The notes under the pieces: model-generated
What the model was told of the DNA's origin: nothing
The model's database searches: none
What the model saw: only the letters and a program-made list of their open reading frames with translations
IMG/VR virus record: IMGVR_UViG_3300045988_158467
Location: 1-54,823 of that record
Reading direction: 5' to 3' (one strand)
Length of the DNA: 54,823 nt
From: a virus
Shown: piece after piece, positions 17,830 to 26,703 of the stretch
Position numbering within the stretch: the stretch's first letter is position 1
Layout: the number at the start of each line of letters is the position of its first letter
Made by a program: the position numbers and the translations under genes

Positions 17830-18849
17830 ATGAATAACAAACAGTATTGGATAGATAGAGAAAATCAGAAACTCAATAAAGGCATTAAGGATTGCAATAA
17901 TTTAGCTAAGGAATTAGAACATCATTATAAACTAGCAAATAAAGAAATAGAAAAAGAAATTAATAATCTATTTGAAAAATATGCAAAAGATAATCAATTA
18001 ACTTATGCAGAAGCAACTAAATATTTAACAGGTGAAGAGTTTAAGGAATGGAGAACGGACATAAAAGGATATCTTAAAATGATTGAAGATAATCCGGAGT
18101 TATTATTAGAGCTTAATACTTTAGCTATGAAAAGTAGGATAACGAGATTAGAGGCTTTACAATATGAAGTTGACAAACAGCTTAATAAATTAGCTATAAC
18201 AACTGAGAAAGAAACCGAGGAGCTTCTAACGGATACATTGAAAGACAATTATAATAGAAATATATATAATATATCTAAGAAAACTGGATTTTTAGCAAAC
18301 TTTAGCGGAATAAACAATAAAACTATTGAAAGAATTTTAAGTTATGAGTGGAGTGGCAACAATTATTCGGGCAGAATATGGAATAATAAACAACAGCTAA
18401 GTAAAACAATCAAAGAAGAAATAATACAGATGTTAATCAGAGGAGAGAGTAGTAAAAAAGTATCACAAAGAGTTGCTACTAGAATGAATGCAAGCTATAA
18501 AAATGCAGTCAGATTAGTTCAAACTGAACATAGTTATGTTATGGAACAAGCTAATAAAATTACTTATGAAGATTTGAAAATTGAAAAGTATCAATTTCTT
18601 GCTACTCCAAGTGAAAGAACATGTGATGTTTGTGGTAATTTAGATTTAAAAATATTTAATGTAAAAGATATGATATCTGGTAAAAATTGTAGCCCAATGC
18701 ATCCTTCGTGTAGATGCACTTCTTTATTGTACTATGAAGATGAAGATGATGAAAATAGCACAAGATTTGCAAGAGATAAGAATGGAAAAAGAATTGAGAT
18801 ACCAAGCAATATGACATTTAATGAATGGAAGAAAAAATATATTGATTAG
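17830..18849 (+). CDS. head morphogenesis protein (SPP1 gp7 / Mu F-like)
   Basis: Position after the portal. The C-terminal ...CDVCGNL...SPMHPSCRCT is characteristic of the gp7 family. Confidence 0.75.
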   Translation: MNNKQYWIDRENQKLNKGIKDCNNLAKELEHHYKLANKEIEKEINNLFEKYAKDNQLTYAEATKYLTGEEFKEWRTDIKGYLKMIEDNPELLLELNTLAMKSRITRLEALQYEVDKQLNKLAITTEKETEELLTDTLKDNYNRNIYNISKKTGFLANFSGINNKTIERILSYEWSGNNYSGRIWNNKQQLSKTIKEEIIQMLIRGESSKKVSQRVATRMNASYKNAVRLVQTEHSYVMEQANKITYEDLKIEKYQFLATPSERTCDVCGNLDLKIFNVKDMISGKNCSPMHPSCRCTSLLYYEDEDDENSTRFARDKNGKRIEIPSNMTFNEWKKKYID

Positions 18850-18857
18850 GAGGAAAT

Positions 18858-19103
18858 ATGAAATTACAAGATACAATAGAATTAATGAATAGTGGTGACT
18901 TTAAAGAAAGATTTAAAGCAGAATATTATCAGTTACAAATAAGACATGAAGGCTTAGCAAGGATGTTAAAAGGATATAAAGAGGGGACTTTAAATTTTAC
19001 CCCAACTTGTAGCTATGAATTGCTTCATACTCAATTGGTATATATGGAATGCTATATGAATGTATTAGAAGAAAGAGCTAAAATAGAAAATATAGAATTA
19101 TAG
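18858..19103 (+). CDS. hypothetical protein
   Basis: AGGAGG RBS. Confidence 0.45.
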   Translation: MKLQDTIELMNSGDFKERFKAEYYQLQIRHEGLARMLKGYKEGTLNFTPTCSYELLHTQLVYMECYMNVLEERAKIENIEL

Positions 19104-19114
19104 GAGATTATTAT

Positions 19115-19381
19115 ATGGCAAGATATAAAACAAGACCTTGTGAAATAGAGGCATTTCAATTTACAAGAGATAATTTTAAAGAAATAGAAAAGTTTACAAA
19201 TGGAAATGCTTTTGATTTCTATTTTAATGAACAATTACCAAATAATACTTCATGTAAAATACATACATTAGAAGGAGTAATGGTGGCGAGTGAATACGAT
19301 TATATAATAAAAGGCTTAAGAGGAGAATATTATCCTTGTAAACCAGATGTTTTTGAGAAGAAATATGAGGAGGTTAAATAA
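19115..19381 (+). CDS. hypothetical protein
   Basis: TAGGAG RBS. Confidence 0.45.
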   Translation: MARYKTRPCEIEAFQFTRDNFKEIEKFTNGNAFDFYFNEQLPNNTSCKIHTLEGVMVASEYDYIIKGLRGEYYPCKPDVFEKKYEEVK

Positions 19382-19643
19382 TATGAATGAACAACAATTT
19401 TTAGACTGGTGTAAATATGAAGTAGTAAAATATACAAATAGTCATCTAGATAAATCAGATAAAAAGGAAATAACAAAAGAAATATATTGACTAGGAGAAA
19501 ATAATGCGTTTTATAAACTTTATTAAAAAATTATTTTGTCAACATGAATATGAAATAGAATGTTACTTTCACGGTGATATGAAAAACTATGGTGCAGGAA
19601 TTGAGAGATGCAAAAAATGTGGGAAAGGTAAAGTGATTAAATA

Positions 19644-20201
19644 ATGAATTTATATTTTGATACTGAATTTACGGGACTACACAAGGAAACAACATTAATT
19701 AGTATAGGAATTATAAGTGAAAAAGGCGATAAATTTTATGCCGAATTAACTGATTATAATGATGAACAAGTAGATAATTGGTTACAAAAAAACGTAATAG
19801 ACAATTTAATTCTAACTAAACTGATAAATAAAAATTCACGCGAATTATATAAAAATAAAGAAAATTCAAACAAATATTCAATTAGTTGTAGAGGTGACAT
19901 TCATTATGTTTCAGATGAACTTAATAAATGGGTAGAACAATTTGATAAAGTAGAAATATGGTCAGATTGTCTAGCTTATGATTGGGTATTATTTAACCAT
20001 TTATTCGGTCATGCTTTTAATTTACCTAATAATATTTATTATATACCTTTTGATATTTGTACATTATTTAAAATTAAAGGAATTGATCCAGATATATCAA
20101 GAGAAGAATTTATCAATAATTCAGTAAAAGGTAAAAGACATAATAGCTTATATGATGCCAAGGTTATAAAAGCTTGTCATGAAAAATTAATAAAAATATA
20201 A
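19644..20201 (+). CDS. DEDDh 3'-5' exonuclease (DnaQ/RNase T-like)
   Basis: ExoI DTEFTG, ExoII SDCLAYDW, ExoIII HNSLYDAK. Confidence 0.7.
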   Translation: MNLYFDTEFTGLHKETTLISIGIISEKGDKFYAELTDYNDEQVDNWLQKNVIDNLILTKLINKNSRELYKNKENSNKYSISCRGDIHYVSDELNKWVEQFDKVEIWSDCLAYDWVLFNHLFGHAFNLPNNIYYIPFDICTLFKIKGIDPDISREEFINNSVKGKRHNSLYDAKVIKACHEKLIKI

Positions 20202-20221
20202 GTAAGACGGAAGTCATAGTA

Positions 20222-20246
20222 AAGGACAAATTACTGTCCTTTTTCA
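20222..20246 (+). terminator. Rho-independent terminator
   Basis: AAAGGACA/TGTCCTTT forms an 8-bp stem followed by a T-run. Confidence 0.55.
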
Positions 20247-20348
20247 TTGTCTTTTTTTAGTATTTACTAGACGTAAAAGAAGTAAATGCTGCTAAAATAA
20301 TTCGACAAGTAAAAGTCGTATAAAAACGTAAATTATGGAGGTATTAAA

Positions 20349-20966
20349 ATGAAAAGAATTTTTTTAAAAGAGCTAGGAATAGATAGTGAAGTTATAGATA
20401 AAATCATGAGCGAACATGGCAAGGATATCGAAAGATATAAATCTGAAATAGAAGATTACGCTTCTGAGATAAAAGAACTTAAAGCTAAAACTGTTGATTC
20501 AGAAAAAGCGATACAAGATGCTATATCTAAAAAAGAAGAAGAATTGAAACAAAAATATGCTGATAAAGAAAAAGAATTCAAAGAAATGCAAAAGAAAGCT
20601 GAAAAGGCAGAGGAGTATTCAAAAGAACTAGAGAGCTTAAAACAAGCTCAAAGTGATAGAGAATACACAGAAGCTATAAATAATTATTTCAATGATAACA
20701 AGATTGATTTTACAAGTAACTTTGCTAAAGAAGCTATACTTAGCAAATTTAAAGAAAAGAAATTTGAATTAAAAGATGGTAAATTTAGTGAAGATGCTTC
20801 TAAATTCATAGAAGAACTTAAAAAGAGTGATGAAGGAGCGTTCAAAATGACTGAACCGCCTAAAAATAATTCAAATACACAAACGTATCAATATACACCT
20901 AAGGGAACTAATACAGAAGATACAGATTCAATGTTGTCCCAAGTCAATTCTATTTTGGGATTATAA
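20349..20966 (+). CDS. scaffolding protein (GP20-like)
   Basis: Highly charged, coiled-coil, immediately upstream of the capsid gene. Confidence 0.7.
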   Translation: MKRIFLKELGIDSEVIDKIMSEHGKDIERYKSEIEDYASEIKELKAKTVDSEKAIQDAISKKEEELKQKYADKEKEFKEMQKKAEKAEEYSKELESLKQAQSDREYTEAINNYFNDNKIDFTSNFAKEAILSKFKEKKFELKDGKFSEDASKFIEELKKSDEGAFKMTEPPKNNSNTQTYQYTPKGTNTEDTDSMLSQVNSILGL

Positions 20967-20991
20967 TTAAATTTAAAAGGAGAGGATAAAC

Positions 20992-21357
20992 ATGACAGCT
21001 ATAAATACATTAGCTTATGCACAAATATTACAACAAGCTTTAGATCAAAAAGCAATACACACTTTATTAACAGGATGGATGGACTCAAATGCAGGACAAG
21101 TAAAATATACAGGTGGAAATGAAATAAAAGTACCTAAAATGTCAGTAGATGGATTAGGAGATTACAACAGAAGTGAAGCAGGAGCAGGATACACTTTAGG
21201 GGCTGTAAATTTAACATACCAAACATTAGAAATGACTCAAGATAGAGGCCGTAAATTCCAATTAGATGCTATGGATGTAGATGAAACTAACTTTGTTGCT
21301 ACTGCTACAAGTGTTATGAATGTCTTCCAAGAAGAGAAAGTCGTGCCAGAAATCGAT
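20992..21357 (+). CDS. major capsid protein, exon 1
   Basis: Follows the scaffold gene with an AGGAGAGG RBS. The ORF stops a few codons after ...EEKVVPEID, and the rest of the protein is 620 nt downstream in frame. Confidence 0.7.
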
Positions 21358-21977
21358 AAATTAAGTGTCGCTTAATATAGTAATATATTAATGAAAAGTT
21401 GGTGAACCTGTAAATGCAGGGTGTGTATACTACGTTTAGTAATTGCAGGATAATGGCAATTAAAGTATATGCTAACTGGGAAAACCTAAGTTATATATTT
21501 AAAATTATGTGTTATCATATATATGAGGGATAATTAAGGAAGTAGCTAGCCTTAATGATAAGAAAGTTATCCGAGCTTTCTTCCCTTTTACTTAATCGGA
21601 TTAATGCTATCGGAGGTGTTATTATTATGGCAGAAAAACTTTCTATTCAACAAGTTAGAAAATTTTGAAATTGTTAAAATGCATGATGAAATTAAAAATA
21701 AATTTTGTGAAGAACATAATATAACACTAATTAGAATCCCTTACTGGGAACGTAAAAATTTAAACATAATACTAAAAAGTATTTTTTAAATATATAATAT
21801 GGCAATCCAGTGCTAAGTCTACTATGTATAGTAGGAAAGTCAAACGACTAAATTGAGTTGAGATACTCTAAGAGGTTCAAGGCGAAATTCCTTGTCCCGT
21901 AGTGCCAACCACCCTTTATAGGGTGATGATATAGTCTACTCCCTTATTTAAATATCGGGAAACCGAGGGTATAAAGA
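21358..21977 (+). mobile_element. Group I intron 2 (in the major capsid gene) with a decayed HEG; boundaries +/-4 nt
   Basis: Guide TAAGT|GTCG (21362-21370) pairs with exon 2 GCTTA (P10) and exon 1 CGAU (P1, with a U:G wobble). P7 halves are ACGACTA (21844-21850) and GATATAGTCT (21928-21937). A TCGG-GAAA-CCGA hairpin is followed by GGGTATAAAGA, as in intron 1. Confidence 0.7.
21627..21789 (+). pseudogene. remnant of a PD-(D/E)xK-type homing endonuclease gene
   Basis: GGAGGTG RBS plus 13 codons (MAEKLSIQQVRKF*). After a frame change, ...DEIKNKFCEEHNITLIRIPYWERKNLNIIL matches the C-terminus of the intron-3 HEG (DNIKSEFAKQYKIKLIRIPYWEFNNIDKIL). The central ~240 codons are missing. Confidence 0.65.
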
Positions 21978-22556
21978 GCTTATAGACTTTCTAAATTAGC
22001 AACTATAGCTATGGCAGTTACAGGAGATGCAAATGTTGAATATGGATATACTCCAGCAGCAGCAACTGTATTAGCTAAAATAAAAGCTGGTATAAAAGTA
22101 ATAAGAGAAAAAGGATATCAAGGACAATTAGTAATACATGCTAACTATGATGTAGTTAATGAACTAGAATTAGCTTTATCAGGTAAAATAGCAACTACTA
22201 CTTTCTCTGTAAATGGAATAGATACACAAGTTCCATCTATAGATCAATGTCCAATAATACCAACTCCTGCAAATAGAATGTACTCAGCTATAACTTTATA
22301 TGATGGAGCAACAAGTGGACAAACAGCAGGAGGATATGTGAAAGGAACTGGAGCAAAAGATGTAAACTTCTTAATAGTTGCTTCAAATGTACCTATAGCA
22401 GTAACTAAACAAGATAAAATGAGAGTATTTTCACCTAATGTAAACCAAGAAGCGAATGCATGGGCTATGGACTACAGAAGATACCATGATTTATTTGTAT
22501 TAGATAATAAAAAAGAATTAGTATTTGCTAATATAAAAGATACTAAAACTGCATAA
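21978..22556 (+). CDS. major capsid protein, exon 2
   Basis: The frame is open from 21975 (RAYRLSKLATIAMAVTGD...). There is no RBS before the track's ATG 22011. It continues the exon 1 protein in frame. Confidence 0.7.
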   Translation, partial: AYRLSKLATIAMAVTGDANVEYGYTPAAATVLAKIKAGIKVIREKGYQGQLVIHANYDVVNELELALSGKIATTTFSVNGIDTQVPSIDQCPIIPTPANRMYSAITLYDGATSGQTAGGYVKGTGAKDVNFLIVASNVPIAVTKQDKMRVFSPNVNQEANAWAMDYRRYHDLFVLDNKKELVFANIKDTKTA

Positions 22557-22566
22557 GGTTTAAACC

Positions 22567-22812
22567 ATGATAGAACTAAAAAAAGATAATATTCATAGAG
22601 TAGTTGAAACAGATGAAGAAGCTAAAATGCTTATGAATAAAGGCTTTATATTAGTTGATATATCTAATATATCTAATGAAGATAAAAAATCTAATACAGA
22701 TATAGATTATTTAAAATTAAGTATTAAAGAATTGAAAAAGATAGCTAAAGAAAAAGGATTAGCTTATTCAAAATTAAGTAAAGAAGAATTAATAAAATTA
22801 TTAAAAAAATAA
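22567..22812 (+). CDS. small protein with Rho_N/SAP-like C-terminal motif
   Basis: LSIKELKKIAKEKGLAYSKLSKEELIKLLKK. Confidence 0.5.
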   Translation: MIELKKDNIHRVVETDEEAKMLMNKGFILVDISNISNEDKKSNTDIDYLKLSIKELKKIAKEKGLAYSKLSKEELIKLLKK

Positions 22813-22834
22813 GAGGGCTTTATGCCCTCTTTTA
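22811..22834 (+). terminator. Rho-independent terminator
   Basis: AAGAGGGC-tttat-GCCCTCTT followed by a T-run. Confidence 0.6.
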
Positions 22835-22853
22835 AAAAAGAGGGTGATAAAGT

Positions 22854-23267
22854 TTGATTGAAAATATTAAATTAATTATAGGACTAGAAAAAAATACTTA
22901 TGATGATTTAATTAGCTTCTATATTGATAAGGTAACCAAAAGAGTAAAAGGTTATTGTAATATAGAAGATTTTTTAGTTCTTCCACAGATAGATCAAGAT
23001 GCTATAAATGAATTTATAGAAGATAAAGTAGCTAATATAATGGCGTATAAATTAAGTTCTCTAGGGGAAGACATAGACGGCTCAGGAACTTCTACTCCAG
23101 CTAATCAAGGAGCTATAAAATCTATTACAAGAGGTAGTGTAAGAATAGAATACAACTATGATAGTGTATCATCAGAAAGCATAAGCAATTCCAGTACAAA
23201 AACATCCCCAGAATTAACAGACGAAGAAATGAAGATACTTAATAAGTACAGAAAATTAAGATTTTAG
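22854..23267 (+). CDS. head-tail connector (gp6-like, Phage_connect_1)
   Basis: TTG start after GAGGGTGA. Assignment rests on position and size in the head-completion block. Confidence 0.55.
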   Translation: MIENIKLIIGLEKNTYDDLISFYIDKVTKRVKGYCNIEDFLVLPQIDQDAINEFIEDKVANIMAYKLSSLGEDIDGSGTSTPANQGAIKSITRGSVRIEYNYDSVSSESISNSSTKTSPELTDEEMKILNKYRKLRF

Positions 23268-23278
23268 GAGGTGTTATT

Positions 23279-23632
23279 ATGGCAAGCGAAGCGGATATAA
23301 TAGCAACTCTGTATTTTGATAGCATGGATATATACAGAAAAGAAAAAGTAAAAGATCCTAATACTGGAGTTACAACTATGAAAGAAGTGTTAAAATATTC
23401 TGATCTCAAATGTTCATTAGACAAAGGGAGCGAAACAACAGTAGCAGGCGAAACAGGAACAGCCTATATTTCAGCAGCTTATAAATTATTTTGCAGACCA
23501 ACAGTAGATATACAAGTTGGAGATAAGTTAGTTATAACTTACAATGGAAGAACAGAAGAATTTGAGGCCGGCGAACCTTATCCATATAAATCTCATATAG
23601 AAACTCCAGTCACTAAGAAGGTGAGAGTATAA
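23279..23632 (+). CDS. head closure / head-tail adaptor protein
   Basis: AGGAGGTG RBS. Assignment by synteny. Confidence 0.55.
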   Translation: MASEADIIATLYFDSMDIYRKEKVKDPNTGVTTMKEVLKYSDLKCSLDKGSETTVAGETGTAYISAAYKLFCRPTVDIQVGDKLVITYNGRTEEFEAGEPYPYKSHIETPVTKKVRV

Positions 23633-24015
23633 TGGCTAATGATTATTTTTATTTCAAGAATTTAGATATTATAGGAATGCTTGATGATATGGAGAGCAAT
23701 TTTGCAAAAGAATTACAGAAATCACTTGAAAAGCATGGAGGTATTTTATGGAAAAATGCTAAAATGAAATCCCCAGTTGATACAGGACAATTAAAAACAA
23801 ACTGGCAATTAGAAAAAGGTGATTTATATGTAAAGGTATTTAATAATACTGAATATGGGTTGCATGTTGAATATGGACATAGAATTGTAGGAAGAGATGG
23901 AAAAGTTAAAGGAGTAGCTGAAGGAGTTTATATGTTAAAAACATCTTTTGAAAAAACTAAAAAAGATTTTGAAAATGACTTAGAAAAGCTATTAAAAAAA
24001 TACGGCTTCAAATAG
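23632..24015 (+). CDS. HK97 gp10-family tail-component protein
   Basis: The DTGQLKTNW motif resembles gp10-family TG.L..S. The start overlaps the preceding stop (TAATG). Confidence 0.6.
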   Translation: MANDYFYFKNLDIIGMLDDMESNFAKELQKSLEKHGGILWKNAKMKSPVDTGQLKTNWQLEKGDLYVKVFNNTEYGLHVEYGHRIVGRDGKVKGVAEGVYMLKTSFEKTKKDFENDLEKLLKKYGFK

Positions 24016-24026
24016 GAGGTGATTAA

Positions 24027-24590
24027 ATGATACCTCTAAAAAGTATATTATTCGCTACTACGAAAGCAGTAGCAGAAAATTTTCCGCAAGATGTATATAT
24101 AGAAGATGACAATACGCAAGGCTTTGATAAGTCTTGTTTTTTTGTGCAAATATTGCCTATTTCAAGTTCAGCTATAACTAGAATATCTAACCTAAGAACT
24201 ATATCAGTATCAATAAAGTATCTACAACAAGCAGGAGAAAGTATAACAAATATATATGATGCCAGTGATAGACTTGAAAGAATATTTGGAAGGACTTTAT
24301 TTGTAGATGATACTTATCTGACAGTAGATGATATAGAAAGCAATATATATTCAGATGAAGTAGGTAGAATACTTGATTTTATGATACATCTTGATTTTGA
24401 TGATATTAAATATTCACAATATACTGGTCCGTTGGATAATCCGGATAGCGAACCAACAGAATATGAATTAATGAAAGAATTACATTTACAACTTAATGAA
24501 TTAAGAAGTATAACAATAGAAGCTGATGATCCTACTTTGCCAATAGTGGACAAAGCTATTGTAGATATTTCAAAATTATTAGAGAATTAA
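24027..24590 (+). CDS. putative tail completion/terminator protein
   Basis: Assigned by synteny, immediately before the sheath gene. Confidence 0.45.
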   Translation: MIPLKSILFATTKAVAENFPQDVYIEDDNTQGFDKSCFFVQILPISSSAITRISNLRTISVSIKYLQQAGESITNIYDASDRLERIFGRTLFVDDTYLTVDDIESNIYSDEVGRILDFMIHLDFDDIKYSQYTGPLDNPDSEPTEYELMKELHLQLNELRSITIEADDPTLPIVDKAIVDISKLLEN

Positions 24591-24606
24591 AAGGAGAGTG
24601 AAATAA

Positions 24607-25692
24607 ATGGCTTTAGGATTACCAAGTATAAGCATTAAATTTATACAAGAAGGTATTACTGCTATAAGCAGAGGATCCAGAGGTATAGTTGCGATGATAA
24701 TAAAGGAAGAAAAAGCTATATCTCCTGCAACTATAGTTGATGTAACTGATATACCTAGCGATGTGACAGATAATAATAAGCAACTTATAACGAATGCTTT
24801 AATAGGAAATACAAGTGCACCACTAAGATTAGAACTATACATTATAAGTGGAGAATTAACTTTGCAGAATGCTTTAAGTCATTTTGAAAATACACAATTT
24901 GACTATTTATGCTACCCATCAGCTGTAGATGAAGATAAAACAGCAATAGTAACATGGATTAAATCGCAAAGAAATTTAGGGAATATGGTTAAGGCAGTAT
25001 TAGCTAATGAAACAGCTGATTATGAAGGAATAATAAATGTAACTCAAAGTGGAGTAGTTGTAGGAGAAAAAACTTATACTGCTGCTGAATTTACTGCAAG
25101 AGTTGCAGGATTAATAGCTGGAACAGATTTAAGAATGTCAACCACTTATACTTCTGTACCAGAAGTTGATTTGATACCTTATGAATCAAGAACTGAAACA
25201 ACTGAAAAAGTAGGGAAAGGCGAATTTATTCTTTATAAGGAATCAGGAAGAATAAAAGTGGCAAGAGGAGTAAACAGCTTAACTACTGTATCTGATACAA
25301 CTGTAACAGATATACAAAGCAAAGGTGATTTATTTCAAAAAATTAAGACTGTTGACATAATGGACTTAATAGCAAATGATATAAGAAAAACTGCAAGAGA
25401 TGCATATATTGGAAAATTAAGTAACAGTTATGATAATAAAATATTACTAATTACAGCTATCCATGGTTATTTTGATGGATTGATTAATGATGGACTAGTT
25501 GAAAAAAATACAGTAACAGTTGATATAGATATGGAAGAACAAAAGAAATACTTAAAATCAAATGGAGTTAGTATATCTACTATGAGCGATCAACAAATCA
25601 AAGAAGCTAACACAGGCGATCAGGTATTTATAGCAGTAGAATGTAAAATTCTTGATGCGATAGAAAGTATTTCGATTAGAGTATTTATATGA
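24607..25692 (+). CDS. contractile tail sheath protein (XkdK-like)
   Basis: Position before the tube gene, size 361 aa. The N-terminal MALGLPSISIKF...GSRGIV is typical of this sheath family. Confidence 0.7.
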   Translation: MALGLPSISIKFIQEGITAISRGSRGIVAMIIKEEKAISPATIVDVTDIPSDVTDNNKQLITNALIGNTSAPLRLELYIISGELTLQNALSHFENTQFDYLCYPSAVDEDKTAIVTWIKSQRNLGNMVKAVLANETADYEGIINVTQSGVVVGEKTYTAAEFTARVAGLIAGTDLRMSTTYTSVPEVDLIPYESRTETTEKVGKGEFILYKESGRIKVARGVNSLTTVSDTTVTDIQSKGDLFQKIKTVDIMDLIANDIRKTARDAYIGKLSNSYDNKILLITAIHGYFDGLINDGLVEKNTVTVDIDMEEQKKYLKSNGVSISTMSDQQIKEANTGDQVFIAVECKILDAIESISIRVFI

Positions 25693-25779
25693 CACAATAG
25701 AAACAAAGAATCAGATGGTTTGTATAATATTCCATAAAATGTCTATAATATAAATAAAGATATTATGGAGGTGTTTTTT

Positions 25780-26604
25780 ATGGAAGAAAGATACGGACAT
25801 TTAACAATTATAGAAGCAACTAAGGAAAGAAAAAATTCTTACGTTGTTTATAAATGTAAATGTGATTGTGGTAATATAGCATATAGAACGAAATCAAGTC
25901 TTAGAACAAGTGTTAAAATATCTAAGAATGGTGGACCTTTTTGTGATGAATGTGCAAAAGCAATAGAAAGACAATCAAATATAAAACATGGAATGTGGGC
26001 TCAAAATGCTAGACTTTATAGGATATGTAAAGGGGCAAAAGGTAGATGTGAAGATCCTAAAAATACTTCATATAAAGATTATGGAGCAAGAGGAATAAAA
26101 TTTAAATTTAATTCTATACAACATATGTATGAATGGTCTTTAGAAAATGGATATGCAGATAATTTAAGTATAGACAGAATAAATAATGATGGTGATTATG
26201 AACCTTCTAATTGTAGATGGGTAGATATATATACTCAAGCTAATAATAAAAGAGATACAGTTCAATTTCATGGGATTAAAGGAACTGAAAATGTAGCAAA
26301 ATACTTAGGAATTTCTGTTAGAAGATTTGCCAATATGTTATATAGAGATAAAATGACATTAGATGAAATATATGAAAAGTCTAAAACCGATCCACTATTC
26401 TATGCTACAAATACAGAGAGAAGATCTTTTGCACAAAGAAAAAGAAAAGATGAATGGAAAATCAATAAAGAAGAAGCTATAGAAATAGTTAACAATATAA
26501 AAAATGGTTCATCTATCAATAGAGAAGCTAATAGAATGAAAGTAGATTTTAAAACAATAAAAACTGCAATAAAAAGACTTGAAGATGGAATATATGATTT
26601 ATAA
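25780..26604 (+). CDS. free-standing HNH (HNH_3/AP2-type) endonuclease
   Basis: ...YKDYGARGIKFKF...LSIDRINNDGDYEPSNCRWVDIYTQANN. ATG 25780 follows GGAGGTG. Inserted between the sheath and tube genes. Confidence 0.7.
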   Translation: MEERYGHLTIIEATKERKNSYVVYKCKCDCGNIAYRTKSSLRTSVKISKNGGPFCDECAKAIERQSNIKHGMWAQNARLYRICKGAKGRCEDPKNTSYKDYGARGIKFKFNSIQHMYEWSLENGYADNLSIDRINNDGDYEPSNCRWVDIYTQANNKRDTVQFHGIKGTENVAKYLGISVRRFANMLYRDKMTLDEIYEKSKTDPLFYATNTERRSFAQRKRKDEWKINKEEAIEIVNNIKNGSSINREANRMKVDFKTIKTAIKRLEDGIYDL

Positions 26605-26667
26605 ACAATTTTTAAGGACTTAATTTTTATTAAGTTCTTTTTTATTTTATATAGGAGGTGTTTTTAA

Positions 26668-26703
26668 TTGAAAGCTAACGAAGTAATAAATGGTACTTGG
26701 GGT
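26668..26703 (+). CDS. tail tube protein (XkdM-like), exon 1 (12 codons, TTG start)
   Basis: AGGAGGTG RBS 7 nt upstream. Encodes MKANEVINGTWG, the conserved N-terminus of XkdM-type tubes. Confidence 0.75.
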
